A stretch of DNA of 64,000 bases from NCBI RefSeq assembly GCF_009914755.1, contig NC_060948.1. One strand, given 5' to 3'. The notes below the pieces were generated by a model. It did not search any database and had not been told where the DNA came from. It saw nothing but the letters and a program-made list of their open reading frames with translations. Shown one piece after another: positions 21,625 to 40,991 of the stretch. The position numbers and the translations under genes are program-made. Origin of the DNA: the human T2T-CHM13v2.0 reference genome, Homo sapiens. Every line of letters begins with the position of its first letter. The stretch's first letter is position 1.

Positions 21625-23731
21625 AGATCCGTATTTTTTAAATGAAAAAAAATTTCAAAGGTACTCTGCTTGGTACAATAATCAAATGTATAAACTGAGG
21701 AATAAAACATAACCATGAAACCTACTTATAACTGCATATGGAAAATACAGAGGATAATTTTTTAAATAACATATTTTGAAAGCCTTAACTAGTAATTTGA
21801 AGAGTTGGCATTTGAAAGGCCAGTATGAATATACCTTCAAAGCAGCAACACAGGTTCCCCATGAGAAAAAGCAAACACAGGGAAAATAAAAACACAAAGG
21901 TTCAATCTCTTCTGACCTTTGAAAGACACAGCACAGACAGTGGTCCTTAGGACGAAGAGCAGGAGACCCCTAATTCCGTCACCATGGCGATAGGGCATAA
22001 ACATTGCTGGGTGAGGGCACAATCCACATTGTGAGGTCCAACTGCTGCCAGGAAGACAGGAGTGCTTTTACATAGACCGAAAGGTCATTGAAGGCTCAGA
22101 GTTTTGTTTCAAGAACTGAATCCCAAGCCCACACGTTATTAGGCTGCGCTTCTTAAAACAAGTTATGAGATGGGAAAAAGGGCACCCACAAACATACGTA
22201 TACATTATGTATATAATAATATACAGTATCATATATATAATATATATAACCTATGTATAATATTGTTTTACATCCTGCATCTTATGTTATATATATTGTA
22301 TAAAATATAATAATTGATAATATATAAGTTTTATAATTATACAATATGACATATAGTATATATTATAATTTATGACATATATAATATATGTTATATGTCA
22401 TATATAGAATATATTATACGGTTAATATACGTATTAAATATAAATTATACATTATATATATTATATATAATATATCTGTTATATATAATACCCATTATGC
22501 ATAATATATATATTATGTCTATGTTATATATAGTATAAAACAATATATAATAATATATAATTGTATATATAAAATGCGACATATAATATATATTATATTT
22601 TATAACATATGTAATATATATCATATATTATATATAATACGTTTTATGTATAATACCTATATTAAATATATATTATATGACTATGTTATTAATTACATGT
22701 CACATGTGTTATATATTATATATTTTACATAGAATATACCGGTTACATACAATATATACTATGTTACCTATAATGTATAATTTATTACATGTAAAATAAA
22801 GAATGCAATATATTATGTATAATTTATAATATACAATATGTGGAATGTGACATATGTAACATATAATATATGATATATGATATACAGTATATGATATATA
22901 ACATACAATATATGATTCCTAATATATATGGTATACAATATATATTTTATGATATGTATTCTATATGTTTTATATTCTGTTATATATAACTATTTGAAAT
23001 TATATATAACTGTATAATATTTTATGTAAATATGTAATATAATATATATAACTATATAATATATTATATATAACTATATATTATGTTATATATACTTTTA
23101 TAACATAATTTACATAAAATATCATAATATAATATATATTATATTATTTCATATTACATAATATATATTACATATCACCCAATATAACTAACATACATAA
23201 TATTATAATATAGATTATATTATGTTATATTAAATATCATATATATCATGTATCATATATTCTATAATATATATTACACATTATATAATATGTATGTTGT
23301 CTATTATGTGATATATATAACTCAATATATAATTATATTTTTATACATATAACTAGATAAACATGTAATTCTACATATTTTAATTTGTAATATGTAGAAT
23401 TATATAATCATATATAATTATTTATATTCTATAAAAAATTTTATCATTATATAAATTATAATATATAAAAATTATAATATGTACTACAAATATATATATA
23501 TTATATATCATATATGATATAGTACCTTTGTTATATATCATAATACATATAAATGTGTATTATGTTATCTATAATTATATAATTTCATATATAAGATGTA
23601 TAATATGTATCATATATTATATATGTTATGTAATATATATAGTATATATAAGATGACACAGGATAAATATTATATACTATGACATATAAAATATATGAGG
23701 TTATATGTTACATATAAGGCATAGCACATAA

Positions 23732-24046
<315 letters not shown>

Positions 24047-26176
24047 AGATCCGTATTTTTTAAATGAAAAAAAATTTCAAAGGTGCTCTGCTTGGTACAA
24101 TAATCAAATGTATAAACTGAGGAATAAAACATAACCATGAAACCTACTTATAACTGCATATGGAAAATACAGAGGATAATTTTTTAAATAACATATTTTG
24201 AAAGCCTTAACTAGTAATTTGAAGAGTTGGCATTTGAAAGGCCAGTATGAATATACCTTCAAAGCAGCAACACAGGTTCCCCATGAGAAAAAGCAAACAC
24301 AGGGAAAATAAAAACACAAAGGTTCAATCTCTTCTGACCTTTGAAAGACACAGCACAGACAGTGGTCCTTAGGACGAAGAGCAGGAGACCCCTAATTCCG
24401 TCACCATGGCGATAGGGCATAAACATTGCTGGGTGAGGGCACAATCCACATTGTGAGGTCCAACTGCTGCCAGGAAGACAGGAGTGCTTTTACATAGACC
24501 GAAAGGTCATTGAAGGCTCAGAGTTTTGTTTCAAGAACTGAATCCCAAGCCCACACGTTATTAGGCTGCGCTTCTTAAAACAAGTTATGAGATGGGAAAA
24601 AGGGCACCCACAAACATACGTATACATTATGTATATAATAATATACAGTATCATATATATAATATATATAACCTATGTATAATATTGTTTTACATCCTGC
24701 ATCTTATGTTATATATATTGTATAAAATATAATAATTGATAATATATAAGTTTTATAATTATACAATATGACATATAGTATATATTATAATTTATGACAT
24801 ATATAATATATGTTATATGTCATATATAGAATATATTATACGGTTAATATACGTATTAAATATAAATTATACATTATATATATTATATATAATATATCTG
24901 TTATATATAATACCCATTATGCATAATATATATATTATGTCTATGTTATATATAGTATAAAACAACATATAATAATATATAATTGTATATATAAAATGCG
25001 ACATATAATATATATTATATTTTATAACATATGTAATATATATTATATATTATATATAATACGTTGTATGTATAATACCTATATTAAATATATATTATAT
25101 GACTATGTTATTAATTACATGTCCCATGTGTTATATATTATATATTTTACATAGAATATACCGGTTACATACAATATATACTATGTTACCTATAATGTAT
25201 AATTGATTACATGTAAAATAAAGAATGCAATATATTATGTAAAATTTATAATATACAATATGTGGAATGTGACATATGTAACATATAATATATGATATAT
25301 GATATACAGTATATGATATATAACATACAATATATGATTCCTAATATATATGGTATACAATATATATTTTATGATATGTATTCTATATGTTTTATATTCT
25401 GTTATATATAACTATTTGAAATTATATATAACTGTATAATATTTTATGTAAATATGTAATATAATATATATAACTATATAATATATTATATATAACTATA
25501 TATTATGTTATATATACTTTTATAACATAATTTACATAAAATATCATAATATAATATATATTATATTATTTCATATTACATAATATATATTACATATCAC
25601 CCAATATAACTAACATACATAATATTATAATATAGATTATATTATGTTATATTAAATATCATATATATCATGTATCATATATTCTATAATATATATTACA
25701 CATTATATAATATGTATGTTGTCTATTATGTGATATATATAACTATATATATAATTATATTTTTATACATATAACTAGATAAACATGTAATTCTACATAT
25801 TTTCATTTGTAATATGTAGAATTATATAATCATATATAATTATTTATATTCTATAAAAAATTTTATCATTATATAAATTATAATATATAAAAATTATAAT
25901 ATGTACTACAAATATATATATATTATATATCATATATGATATAGTACCTTTGTTATATATCATAATACATATAAATGTGTATTATGTTATCTATAATTAT
26001 ATAATTTCATATATAAGATGTATAATATGTATCATATATTATATATGTTATGTAATATATATAGTATATATAAGATGACACAGGATAAATATTATATACT
26101 ATGACATATAAAATATATGAGGTTATATGTTACATATAAGGCATAGCACATAACATGTAATATATATCATATATAA

Positions 26177-26468
26177 TTTTTTTTTAGACAGAATCTTGTC
26201 CTGTTGCACAGGGTGGGGTACAATGGCGCCATCTTTGCTCACTGCAACTTCTGCCTCACGGTTCCAAGCGATTGTCCTCCCTCAGCCTCCCAGGTAGCTG
26301 GGACTACACCACACTGGGACTACACCAGCTGCCACCATGCCTTGCTAATTTTTTGGATTTTTAGTAGTGACAGCGTTTCACTGTATTGGCCAGGATGGTC
26401 TTGATCTCTTCACCTTGTGATCCCCTTGCCTTGGCCTCCAAATTTGCTGGGATTACAGGCCTGAGCCA
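26177..26468 (-). mobile_element. Diverged Alu, unit 11
   Basis: Copy of 1965-2256; gccttgct and cggttcc alleles. Confidence 0.95.
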
Positions 26469-28575
26469 AGATCCGTATTTTTTAAATGAAAAAAAATTTC
26501 AAAGGTACTCTGCTTGGTACAATAATCAAATGTATAAACTGAGGAATAAAACATAACCATGAAACCTACTTATAACTGCATATGGAAAATACAGAGGATA
26601 ATTTTTTAAATAACATATTTTGAAAGCCTTAACTAGTAATTTGAAGAGTTGGCATTTGAAAGGCCAGTATGAATATACCTTCAAAGCAGCAACACAGGTT
26701 CCCCATGAGAAAAAGCAAACACAGGGAAAATAAAAACACAAAGGTTCAATCTCTTCTGACCTTTGAAAGACACAGCACAGACAGTGGTCCTTAGGACGAA
26801 GAGCAGGAGACCCCTAATTCCGTCACCATGGCGATAGGGCATAAACATTGCTGGGTGAGGGCACAATCCACATTGTGAGGTCCAACTGCTGCCAGGAAGA
26901 CAGGAGTGCTTTTACATAGACCGAAAGGTCATTGAAGGCTCAGAGTTTTGTTTCAAGAACTGAATCCCAAGCCCACACGTTATTAGGCTGCGCTTCTTAA
27001 AACAAGTTATGAGATGGGAAAAAGGGCACCCACAAACATACGTATACATTATGTATATAATAATATACAGTATCATATATATAATATATATAACCTATGT
27101 ATAATATTGTTTTACATCCTGCATCTTATGTTATATATATTGTATAAAATATAATAATTGATAATATATAAGTTTTATAATTATACAATATGACATATAG
27201 TATATATTATAATTTATGACATATATAATATATGTTATATGTCATATATAGAATATATTATACGGTTAATATACGTATTAAATATAAATTATACATTATA
27301 TATATTATATATAATATATCTGTTATATATAATACCCATTATGCATAATATATATATTATGTCTATGTTATATATAGTATAAAACAACATATAATAATAT
27401 ATAATTGTATATATAAAATGCGACATATAATATATATTATATTTTATAACATATGTAATATATATCATATATTATATATAATACGTTGTATGTATAATAC
27501 CTATATTAAATATATATTATATGACTATGTTATTAATTATATGTCACATGTGTTATATATTATATATTTTACATAGAATATACCGGTTACATACAATATA
27601 TACTATGTTACCTATAATGTATAATTTATTACATGTAAAATAAAGAATGCAATATATTATGTATAATTTATAATATACAATATGTGGAATGTGACATATG
27701 TAACATATAATATATGATATATGATATACACTATATGATATATAACATACAATATATGATTCCTAATATATATGGTATACAATATATATTTTATGATATG
27801 TATTCTATATGTTTTATATTCTGTTATATATAACTATTTGAAATTATATATAACTGTATAATATTTTATGTAAATATGTAATATAATATATATAACTATA
27901 TAATATATTATATATAACTATATATTATGTTATATATACTTTTATAACATAATTTACATAAAATATCATAATATAATATATATTATATTATTTCATATTA
28001 CATAATATATATTACATATCACCCAATATAACTAACATACATAATATTATAATATAGATTATATTATGTTATATTAAATATCATATATATCATGTATCAT
28101 ATATTCTATAATATATATTACACATTATATAATATGTATGTTGTCTATTATGTGATATATATAACTATATATATAATTATATTTTTATACATATAACTAG
28201 ATAAACATGTAATTCTACATATTTTCTTTTGTAATATGTAGAATTATATAATCATATATAATTATTTATATTCTATAAAAAATTTTATCATTATATAAAT
28301 TATAATATATAAAAATTATAATATGTACTACAAATATATATATATTATATATCATATATGATATAGTACCTTTGTTATATATCATAATACATATAAATGT
28401 GTATTATGTTATCTATAATTATATAATTTCATATATAAGATGTATAATATGTATCATATATTATATATGTTATGTAATATATATAGTATATATAAGATGA
28501 CACAGGATAAATATTATATACTATGACATATAAAATATATGAGGTTATATGTTACATATAAGGCATAGCACATAA

Positions 28576-28890
<315 letters not shown>

Positions 28891-31020
28891 AGATCCGTAT
28901 TTTTTAAATGAAAAAAAATTTCAAAGGTGCTCTGCTTGGTACAATAATCAAATGTATAAACTGAGGAATAAAACATAACCATGAAACCTACTTATAACTG
29001 CATATGGAAAATACAGAGGATAATTTTTTAAATAACATATTTTGAAAGCCTTAACTAGTAATTTGAAGAGTTGGCATTTGAAAGGCCAGTATGAATATAC
29101 CTTCAAAGCAGCAACACAGGTTCCCCATGAGAAAAAGCAAACACAGGGAAAATAAAAACACAAAGGTTCAATCTCTTCTGACCTTTGAAAGACACAGCAC
29201 AGACAGTGGTCCTTAGGACGAAGAGCAGGAGACCCCTAATTCCGTCACCATGGCGATAGGGCATAAACATTGCTGGGTGAGGGCACAATCCACATTGTGA
29301 GGTCCAACTGCTGCCAGGAAGACAGGAGTGCTTTTACATAGACCGAAAGGTCATTGAAGGCTCAGAGTTTTGTTTCAAGAACTGAATCCCAAGCCCACAC
29401 GTTATTAGGCTGCGCTTCTTAAAACAAGTTATGAGATGGGAAAAAGGGCACCCACAAACATACGTATACATTATGTATATAATAATATACAGTATCATAT
29501 ATATAATATATATAACCTATGTATAATATTGTTTTACATCCTGCATCTTATGTTATATATATTGTATAAAATATAATAATTGATAATATATAAGTTTTAT
29601 AATTATACAATATGACATATAGTATATATTATAATTTATGACATATATAATATATGTTATATGTCATATATAGAATATATTATACGGTTAATATACGTAT
29701 TAAATATAAATTATACATTATATATATTATATATAATATATCTGTTATATATAATACCCATTATGCATAATATATATATTATGTCTATGTTATATATAGT
29801 ATAAAACAACATATAATAATATATAATTGTATATATAAAATGCGACATATAATATATATTATATTTTATAACATATGTAATATATATTATATATTATATA
29901 TAATACGTTGTATGTATAATACCTATATTAAATATATATTATATGACTATGTTATTAATTACATGTCCCATGTGTTATATATTATATATTTTACATAGAA
30001 TATACCGGTTACATACAATATATACTATGTTACCTATAATGTATAATTGATTACATGTAAAATAAAGAATGCAATATATTATGTAAAATTTATAATATAC
30101 AATATGTGGAATGTGACATATGTAACATATAATATATGATATATGATATACACTATATGATATATAACATACAATATATGATTCCTAATATATATGGTAT
30201 ACAATATATATTTTATGATATGTATTCTATATGTTTTATATTCTGTTATATATAACTATTTGAAATTATATATAACTGTATAATATTTTATGTAAATATG
30301 TAATATAATATATATAACTATATAATATATTATATATAACTATATATTATGTTATATATACTTTTATAACATAATTTACATAAAATATCATAATATAATA
30401 TATATTATATTATTTCATATTACATAATATATATTACATATCACCCAATATAACTAACATACATAATATTATAATATAGATTATATTATGTTATATTAAA
30501 TATCATATATATCATGTATCATATATTCTATAATATATATTACACATTATATAATATGTATGTTGTCTATTATGTGATATATATAACTATATATATAATT
30601 ATATTTTTATACATATAACTAGATAAACATGTAATTCTACATATTTTCATTTGTAATAGGTAGAATTATATAATCATATATAATTATTTATATTCTATAA
30701 AAAATTTTATCATTATATAAATTATAATATATAAAAATTATAATATGTACTACAAATATATATATATTATATATCATATATGATATAGTACCTTTGTTAT
30801 ATATCATAATACATATAAATGTGTATTATGTTATCTATAATTATATAATTTCATATATAAGATGTATAATATGTATCATATATTATATATGTTATGTAAT
30901 ATATATAGTATATATAAGATGACACAGGATAAATATTATATACTATGACATATAAAATATATGAGGTTATATGTTACATATAAGGCATAGCACATAACAT
31001 GTAATATATATCATATATAA

Positions 31021-31312
31021 TTTTTTTTTAGACAGAATCTTGTCCTGTTGCACAGGGTGGGGTACAATGGCGCCATCTTTGCTCACTGCAACTTCTGCCT
31101 CACGGTTCCAAGCGATTGTCCTCCCTCAGCCTCCCAGGTAGCTGGGACTACACCACACTGGGACTACACCAGCTGCCACCATGCCTTGCTAATTTTTTGG
31201 ATTTTTAGTAGTGACAGCGTTTCACTGTATTGGCCAGGATGGTCTTGATCTCTTCACCTTGTGATCCCCTTGCCTTGGCCTCCAAATTTGCTGGGATTAC
31301 AGGCCTGAGCCA
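31021..31312 (-). mobile_element. Diverged Alu, unit 13
   Basis: Copy of 1965-2256; gccttgct and cggttcc alleles. Confidence 0.95.
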
Positions 31313-33415
31313 AGATCTGTATTTTTTAAATGAAAAAAAATTTCAAACGTACTCTGCTTGGTACAATAATCAAATGTATAAACTGAGGAATAAAACATAA
31401 CCATGAAACCTACTTATAACTGCATATGGAAAATACAGAGGATAATTTTTTAAATAACATATTTTGAAAGCCTTAACTAGTAATTTGAAGAGTTGGCATT
31501 TGAAAGGCCAGTATGAATATACCTTCAAAGCAGCAACACAGGTTCCCCATGAGAAAAAGCAAACACAGGGAAAATAAAAACACAAAGGTTCAATCTCTTC
31601 TGACCTTTGAAAGACACAGCACAGACAGTGGTCCTTAGGACGAAGAGCAGGAGACCCCTAATTCCGTCACCATGGCGATAGGGCATAAACATTGCTGGGT
31701 GAGGGCACAATCCACATTGTGAGGTCCAACTGCTGCCAGGAAGACAGGAGTGCTTTTACATAGACCGAAAGGTCATTGAAGGCTCAGAGTTTTGTTTCAA
31801 GAACTGAATCCCAAGCCCACACGTTATTAGGCTGCGCTTCTTAAAACAAGTTATGAGATGGGAAAAAGGGCACCCACAAACATACGTATACATTATGTAT
31901 ATAATAATATACAGTATCATATATATAATATATATAACCTATGTATAATATTGTTTTACATCCTGCATCTTATGTTATATATATTGTATAAAATATAATA
32001 ATTGATAATATATAAGTTTTATAATTATACAATATGACATATAGTATATATTATAATTTATGACATATATAATATATGTTATATATCATATATAGAATAT
32101 ATTATACGGTTAATATACGTATTAAATATAAATTATACATTATATATATTATATATAATATATCTGTTATATATAATACCCATTATGCATAATATATATA
32201 TTATGTCTATGTTATATATAGTATAAAACAACATATAATAATATATAATTGTATATATAAAATGCGACATATAATATATATTATATTTTATAACATATGT
32301 AATATATATTATATATTATATATAATACGTTGTATGTATAATACCTATATTAAATATATATTATATGACTATGTTATTAATTACATGTCACATGTGTTAT
32401 ATATTATATATTTTACATAGAATATACCGGTTACATACAATATATACTATGTTACCTATAATGTATAATTGATTACATGTAAAATAAAGAATGCAATATA
32501 TTATGTAAAATTTATAATATACAATATGTGGAATGTGACATATGTAACATATAATATATGATATATGATATACAGTATATGATATATAACATACAATATA
32601 TGATTCCTAATATATATGGTATACAATATATATTTTATGATATGTATTCTATATGTTTTATATTCTGTTATATATAACTATTTGAAATTATATATAACTG
32701 TATAATATTTTATGTAAATATGTAATATAATATATATAACTATATAATATATTATATATAACTATATATTATGTTATATATACTTTTATAACATAATTTA
32801 CATAAAATATCATAATATAATATATATTATATTTTTTCATATTACATAATATATATTACATATCACCCAATATAACTAACATACATAATATTATAATATA
32901 GATTATATTATGTTATATTAAATATCATATATATCATGTATCATATATTCTATAATATATATTACACATTATATAATATGTATGTTGTCTATTATGTGAT
33001 ATATATAACTATATATAATTATATTTTTATACATATAACTAGATAAACATGTAATTCTACATATTTTCATTTATAATATGTAGAATTATATAATCATATA
33101 TAATTATTTATATTCTATAAAAAATTTTATCATTATATAAATTATAATATATAAAAATTATAATATGTACTACAAATATATATATTATATATCATATATG
33201 ATATAATACCTTTGTTATATATCATAATACATATAAATGTGTATTATGTTATCTATAATTATATAATTTCATATATAAGGTGTATAATATGTATCATATA
33301 TTATATATGTTATGTAATATATATAGTATATATAAGATGACACAGGATAAATATTATATACTATGACATATAAAATATATGAGGTTATATGTTACATATA
33401 AGGCATAGCACATAA

Positions 33416-33730
<315 letters not shown>

Positions 33731-35837
33731 AGATCCATATTTTTTAAATGAAAAAAAATTTCAAAGGTACTCTGCTTGGTACAATAATCAAATGTATAAA
33801 CTGAGGAATAAAACATAACCATGAAACCTACTTATAACTGCATATGGAAAATACAGAGGATAATTTTTTAAATAACATATTTTGAAAGCCTTAACTAGTA
33901 ATTTGAAGAGTTGGCATTTGAAAGGCCAGTATGAATATACCTTCAAAGCAGCAACACAGGTTCCCCATGAGAAAAAGCAAACACAGGGAAAATAAAAACA
34001 CAAAGGTTCAATCTCTTCTGACCTTTGAAAGACACAGCACAGACAGTGGTCCTTAGGACGAAGAGCAGGAGACCCCTAATTCCGTCACCATGGCGATAGG
34101 GCATAAACATTGCTGGGTGAGGGCACAATCCACATTGTGAGGTCCAACTGCTGCCAGGAAGACAGGAGTGCTTTTACATAGACCGAAAGGTCATTGAAGG
34201 CTCAGAGTTTTGTTTCAAGAACTGAATCCCAAGCCCACACGTTATTAGGCTGCGCTTCTTAAAACAAGTTATGAGATGGGAAAAAGGGCACCCACAAACA
34301 TACGTATACATTATGTATATAATAATATACAGTATCATATATATAATATATATAACCTATGTATAATATTGTTTTACATCCTGCATCTTATGTTATATAT
34401 ATTGTATAAAATATAATAATTGATAATATATAAGTTTTATATTTATACAATATGACATATAGTATATATTATAATTTATGACATATATAATATATGTTAT
34501 ATATCATATATAGAATATATTATACGGTTAATATACGTATTAAATATAAATTATACATTATATATATTATATATAATATATCTGTTATATATAATACCCA
34601 TTATGCATAATATATATATTATGTCTATGTTATATATAGTATAAAACAACATATAATAATATATAATTGTATATATAAAATGCGACATATAATATATATT
34701 ATATTTTATAACATATGTAATATATATTATATATTATATATAATACGTTGTATGTATAATACCTATATTAAATATATATTATATGACTATGTTATTAATT
34801 ACATGTCACATGTGTTATATATTATATATTTTACATAGAATATACCGGTTACATACAATATATACTATGTTACCTATAATGTATAATTGATTACATGTAA
34901 AATAAATAATGCAATATATTATGTATAATTTATAATATACAATATGTGGAATGTGACATATGTAACATATAATATATGATATATGATATACAGTATATGA
35001 TATATAACATACAATATATGATTAATAATATATATGGTATACAATATATATTTTATGATATGTATTCTATATGTTTTATATTCTGTTATATATAACTATT
35101 TGAAATTATATATAACTGTATAATATTTTATGTAAATATGTAATATAATATATATAACTATATAATATATTATATATAACTATATATTATGTTATATATA
35201 CTTTTATAACATAATTTACATAAAATATCATAATATAATATATATTATATTATTTCATATTACATAATATATATTACATATCACCCAATATAACTAACAT
35301 ACATAATATTATAATATAGATTATATTGTGTTATATTAAATATCATATATATCATGTATCATATATTCTATAATATATATTACACATTATATAATATGTA
35401 TGTTGTCTATTATGTGATATATATAACTATATATATAATTATATTTTTATACATATAACTAGATAAACATGTAATTCTACATATTTTCATTTGTAATATG
35501 TAGAATTATATAATCATATATAATTATTTATAATCTATAAAAAATTTTATCATTATATAAATTATAATATATAAAAATTATAATATGTACTACAAATATA
35601 TATATATTATATATCATATATGATATAGTACCTTTGTTATATATCATAATACATATAAATGTGTATTATGTTATCTATAATTATATAATTTCATATATAA
35701 GATGTATAATATGTATCATATATTATATATGTTATGTAATATATATAGTATATATAAGATGACACAGGATAAATATTATATACTATGACATATAAAATAT
35801 ATGAGGTTATATGTTACATATAAGGCATAGCACATAA

Positions 35838-36152
<315 letters not shown>

Positions 36153-38257
36153 AGATCCGTATTTTTTAAATGAAAAAAAATTTCAAAGGTACTCTGCTTG
36201 GTACAATAATCAAATGTATAAACTGAGGAATAAAACATAACCATGAAACCTACTTATAACTGCATATGGAAAATACAGAGGATAATTTTTTAAATAACAT
36301 ATTTTGAAAGCCTTAACTAGTAATTTGAAGAGTTGGCATTTGAAAGGCCAGTATGAATATACCTTCAAAGCAGCAACACAGGTTCCCCATGAGAAAAAGC
36401 AAACACAGGGAAAATAAAAACACAAAGGTTCAATCTCTTCTGACCTTTGAAAGACACAGCACAGACAGTGGTCCTTAGGACGAAGAGCAGGAGACCCCTA
36501 ATTCCGTCACCATGGCGATAGGGCATAAACATTGCTGGGTGAGGGCACAATCCACATTGTGAGGTCCAACTGCTGCCAGGAAGACAGGAGTGCTTTTACA
36601 TAGACCGAAAGGTCATTGAAGGCTCAGAGTTTTGTTTCAAGAACTGAATCCCAAGCCCACACGTTATTAGGCTGCGCTTCTTAAAACAAGTTATGAGATG
36701 GGAAAAAGGGCACCCACAAACATACGTATACATTATGTATATAATAATATACAGTATCATATATATAATATATATAACCTATGTATAATATTGTTTTACA
36801 TCCTGCATCTTATGTTATATATATTGTATAAAATATAATAATTGATAATATATAAGTTTTATAATTATACAATATGACATATAGTATATATTATAATGTA
36901 TGACATATATAATATATGTTATATATCATATATAGAGTATATTATACGGTTAATATACGTATTAAATATAAATTATACCTTATATATATTATATATAATA
37001 TATCTGTTATATATAATACCCATTATGCATAATATATATATTATGTCTGTTATATATAGTATAAAACAACATATAATAATATATAATTGTATATATAAAA
37101 TGCGACATATAATATATATTATATTTTATAACATATGTAATATATATTATATATTATATATAATACGTTGTATGTATAATACCTATATTAAATATATATT
37201 ATATGACTATGTTATTAATTACATGTCACATGTGTTATATATTATATATTTTACATAGAATATACCGGTTACATACAATATATACTATGTTACCTATAAT
37301 GTATAATTTATTACATGTAAAATAAATAATGCAATATATTATGTAAAATTTATAATATACAATATGTGGAATGTGATATATGTAACATATAATATATGAT
37401 ATATGATATACAGTATATGATATGTAACATACAATATATGATTCCTAATATATATGGTATACAATATATATTTTATGATATGTATTCTATATGTTTTATA
37501 TTCTGTTATATATAACTATTTGAAATTATATATAACTGTATAATATTTTATGTAAATATGAAATATAATATATATAACTATATAATATATTATATATAAC
37601 TATATATTATGTTATGTATACTTTTATAACATAATTTACATAAAATATCATAATATAATATATATTATATTATTTCATATTACATAATATATATTACATA
37701 TCACCCAATATAACTAACATACATAATATTATAATATAGATTATATTATGTTATATTAAATATCATATATATCATGTATCATATATTCTATAATATATAT
37801 TACACATTATATAATATGTATGTTGTCTATTATGTGATATATATAACTATATATATAATTATATTTTTATACATATAACTAGATAAACATGTAATTCTAC
37901 ATATTTTCATTTATAATATGTAGAATTATATAATCATACATAATTATTTATATTCTATAAAAAATTTTATCATTATATAAATTATAATATATAAAAATTA
38001 TAATATGTACTACAAATATATATATATTATATATCATATATGATATAGTACCTTTGTTATATATCATAATACATATAAATGTGTATTATGTTATCTATAA
38101 TTATATAATTTCATATATAAGATGTATAATATGTATCATATATTATATATGTTATGTAATATATATAGTATATATAAGATGACACAGGATAAATATTATA
38201 TACTATGAGATATAAAATATATGAGGTTATATGTTACATATAAGGCATAGCACATAA

Positions 38258-38572
<315 letters not shown>

Positions 38573-40676
38573 AGATCCGTATTTTTTAAATGAAAAAAAA
38601 TTTCAAAGGTACTCTGCTTGGTACAATAATCAAATGTATAAACTGAGGAATAAAACATAACCATGAAACCTACTTATAACTGCATATGGAAAATACAGAG
38701 GATAATTTTTTAAATAACATATTTTGAAAGCCTTAACTAGTAATTTGAAGAGTTGGCATTTGAAAGGCCAGTATGAATATACCTTCAAAGCAGCAACACA
38801 GGTTCCCCATGAGAAAAAGCAAACACAGGGAAAATAAAAACACAAAGGTTCAATCTCTTCTGACCTTTGAAAGACACAGCACAGACAGTGGTCCTTAGGA
38901 CGAAGAGCAGGAGACCCCTAATTCCGTCACCATGGCGATAGGGCATAAACATTGCTGGGTGAGGGCACAATCCACATTGTGAGGTCCAACTGCTGCCAGG
39001 AAGACAGGAGTGCTTTTACATAGACCGAAAGGTCATTGAAGGCTCAGAGTTTTGTTTCAAGAACTGAATCCCAAGCCCACACGTTATTAGGCTGCGCTTC
39101 TTAAAACAAGTTATGAGATGGGAAAAAGGGCACCCACAAACATACGTATACATTATGTATATAATAATATACAGTATCATATATATAATATATATAACCT
39201 ATGTATAATATTGTTTTACATCCTGCATCTTATGTTATATATATTGTATAAAATATAATAATTGATAATATATAAGTTTTATAATTATACAATATGACAT
39301 ATAGTATATATTATAATTTATGACATATATAATATATGTTATATGTCATATATAGAATATATTATACGGTTAATATACGTATTAAATATAAATTATACAT
39401 TATATATATTATATATAATATATCTGTTATATATAATACCCATTATGCATAATATATATATTATGTCTATGTTATATATAGTATAAAACAACATATAATA
39501 ATATATAATTGTATATATAAAATGCGACATATAATATATATTATATTTTATAACATATGTAATATATATTATATATTATATATAATACGTTGTATGTATA
39601 ATACCTATATTAAATATATATTATATGACTATGTTATTAATTACATGTCACATGTGTTATATATTATATATTTTACATAGAATATACCGGTTACATACAA
39701 TATATACTATGTTACCTATAATGTATAATTTATTACATGTAAAATAAAGAATGCAATATATTATGTATAATTTATAATATACAATATGTGGAATGTGACA
39801 TATGTAACATATAATATATGATATATGATATACAGTATATGATATATAACATACAATATATGATTCCTAATATATATGGTATACAATATCTATTTTATGA
39901 TATGTATTCTATATGTTTTATATTCTGTTATATATAACTATTTGAAATTATATATAACTGTATAATATTTTATGTAAATATGTAATATAATATATATAAC
40001 TATATAATATATTATATATAACTATATATTATGTTATATATACTTTTATAACATAATTTACATAAAATATCATAATATAATATATATTATATTATTTCAT
40101 ATTCCATAATATATATTACATATCACCCAATATAACTAACATACATAATATTATAATATAGATTATATTATGTTATATTAAATATCATATATATCATGTA
40201 TCATATATTCTATAATATATATTACACATTATATAATATGTATGTTGTCTATTATGTGATATATATATCTATATATATAATTATATTTTTATACATATAA
40301 CTAGATAAACATGTAATTCTACATATTTTCATTTATAATATGTAGAATTATATAATCATATATAATTATTTATATTCTATAAAAAATTTATCATTATATA
40401 AATTATAATATATCAAAATTATAATATGTACTACAAATATATATATATTATATATCATATATGATATAGTACCTTTGTTATATATCATAATACATATAAA
40501 TGTGTATTGTTATCTATAATTATATAATTTCATATATAAGATGTATAATATGTATCATATATTATATATGTTATGAAATATATATAGTATATATAAGATG
40601 ACACAGGATAAATATTATATACTATGACATATAAAATATATGAGGTTATATGTTACATATAAGGCATAGCACATAA

Positions 40677-40991
<315 letters not shown>

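Noticed and set aside
36896-37258. 120-aa I/Y/N-rich ORF in U16, U18 and U22
   Set aside because: Translation of TA-rich low-complexity DNA, created by a point change and a 2-bp deletion.
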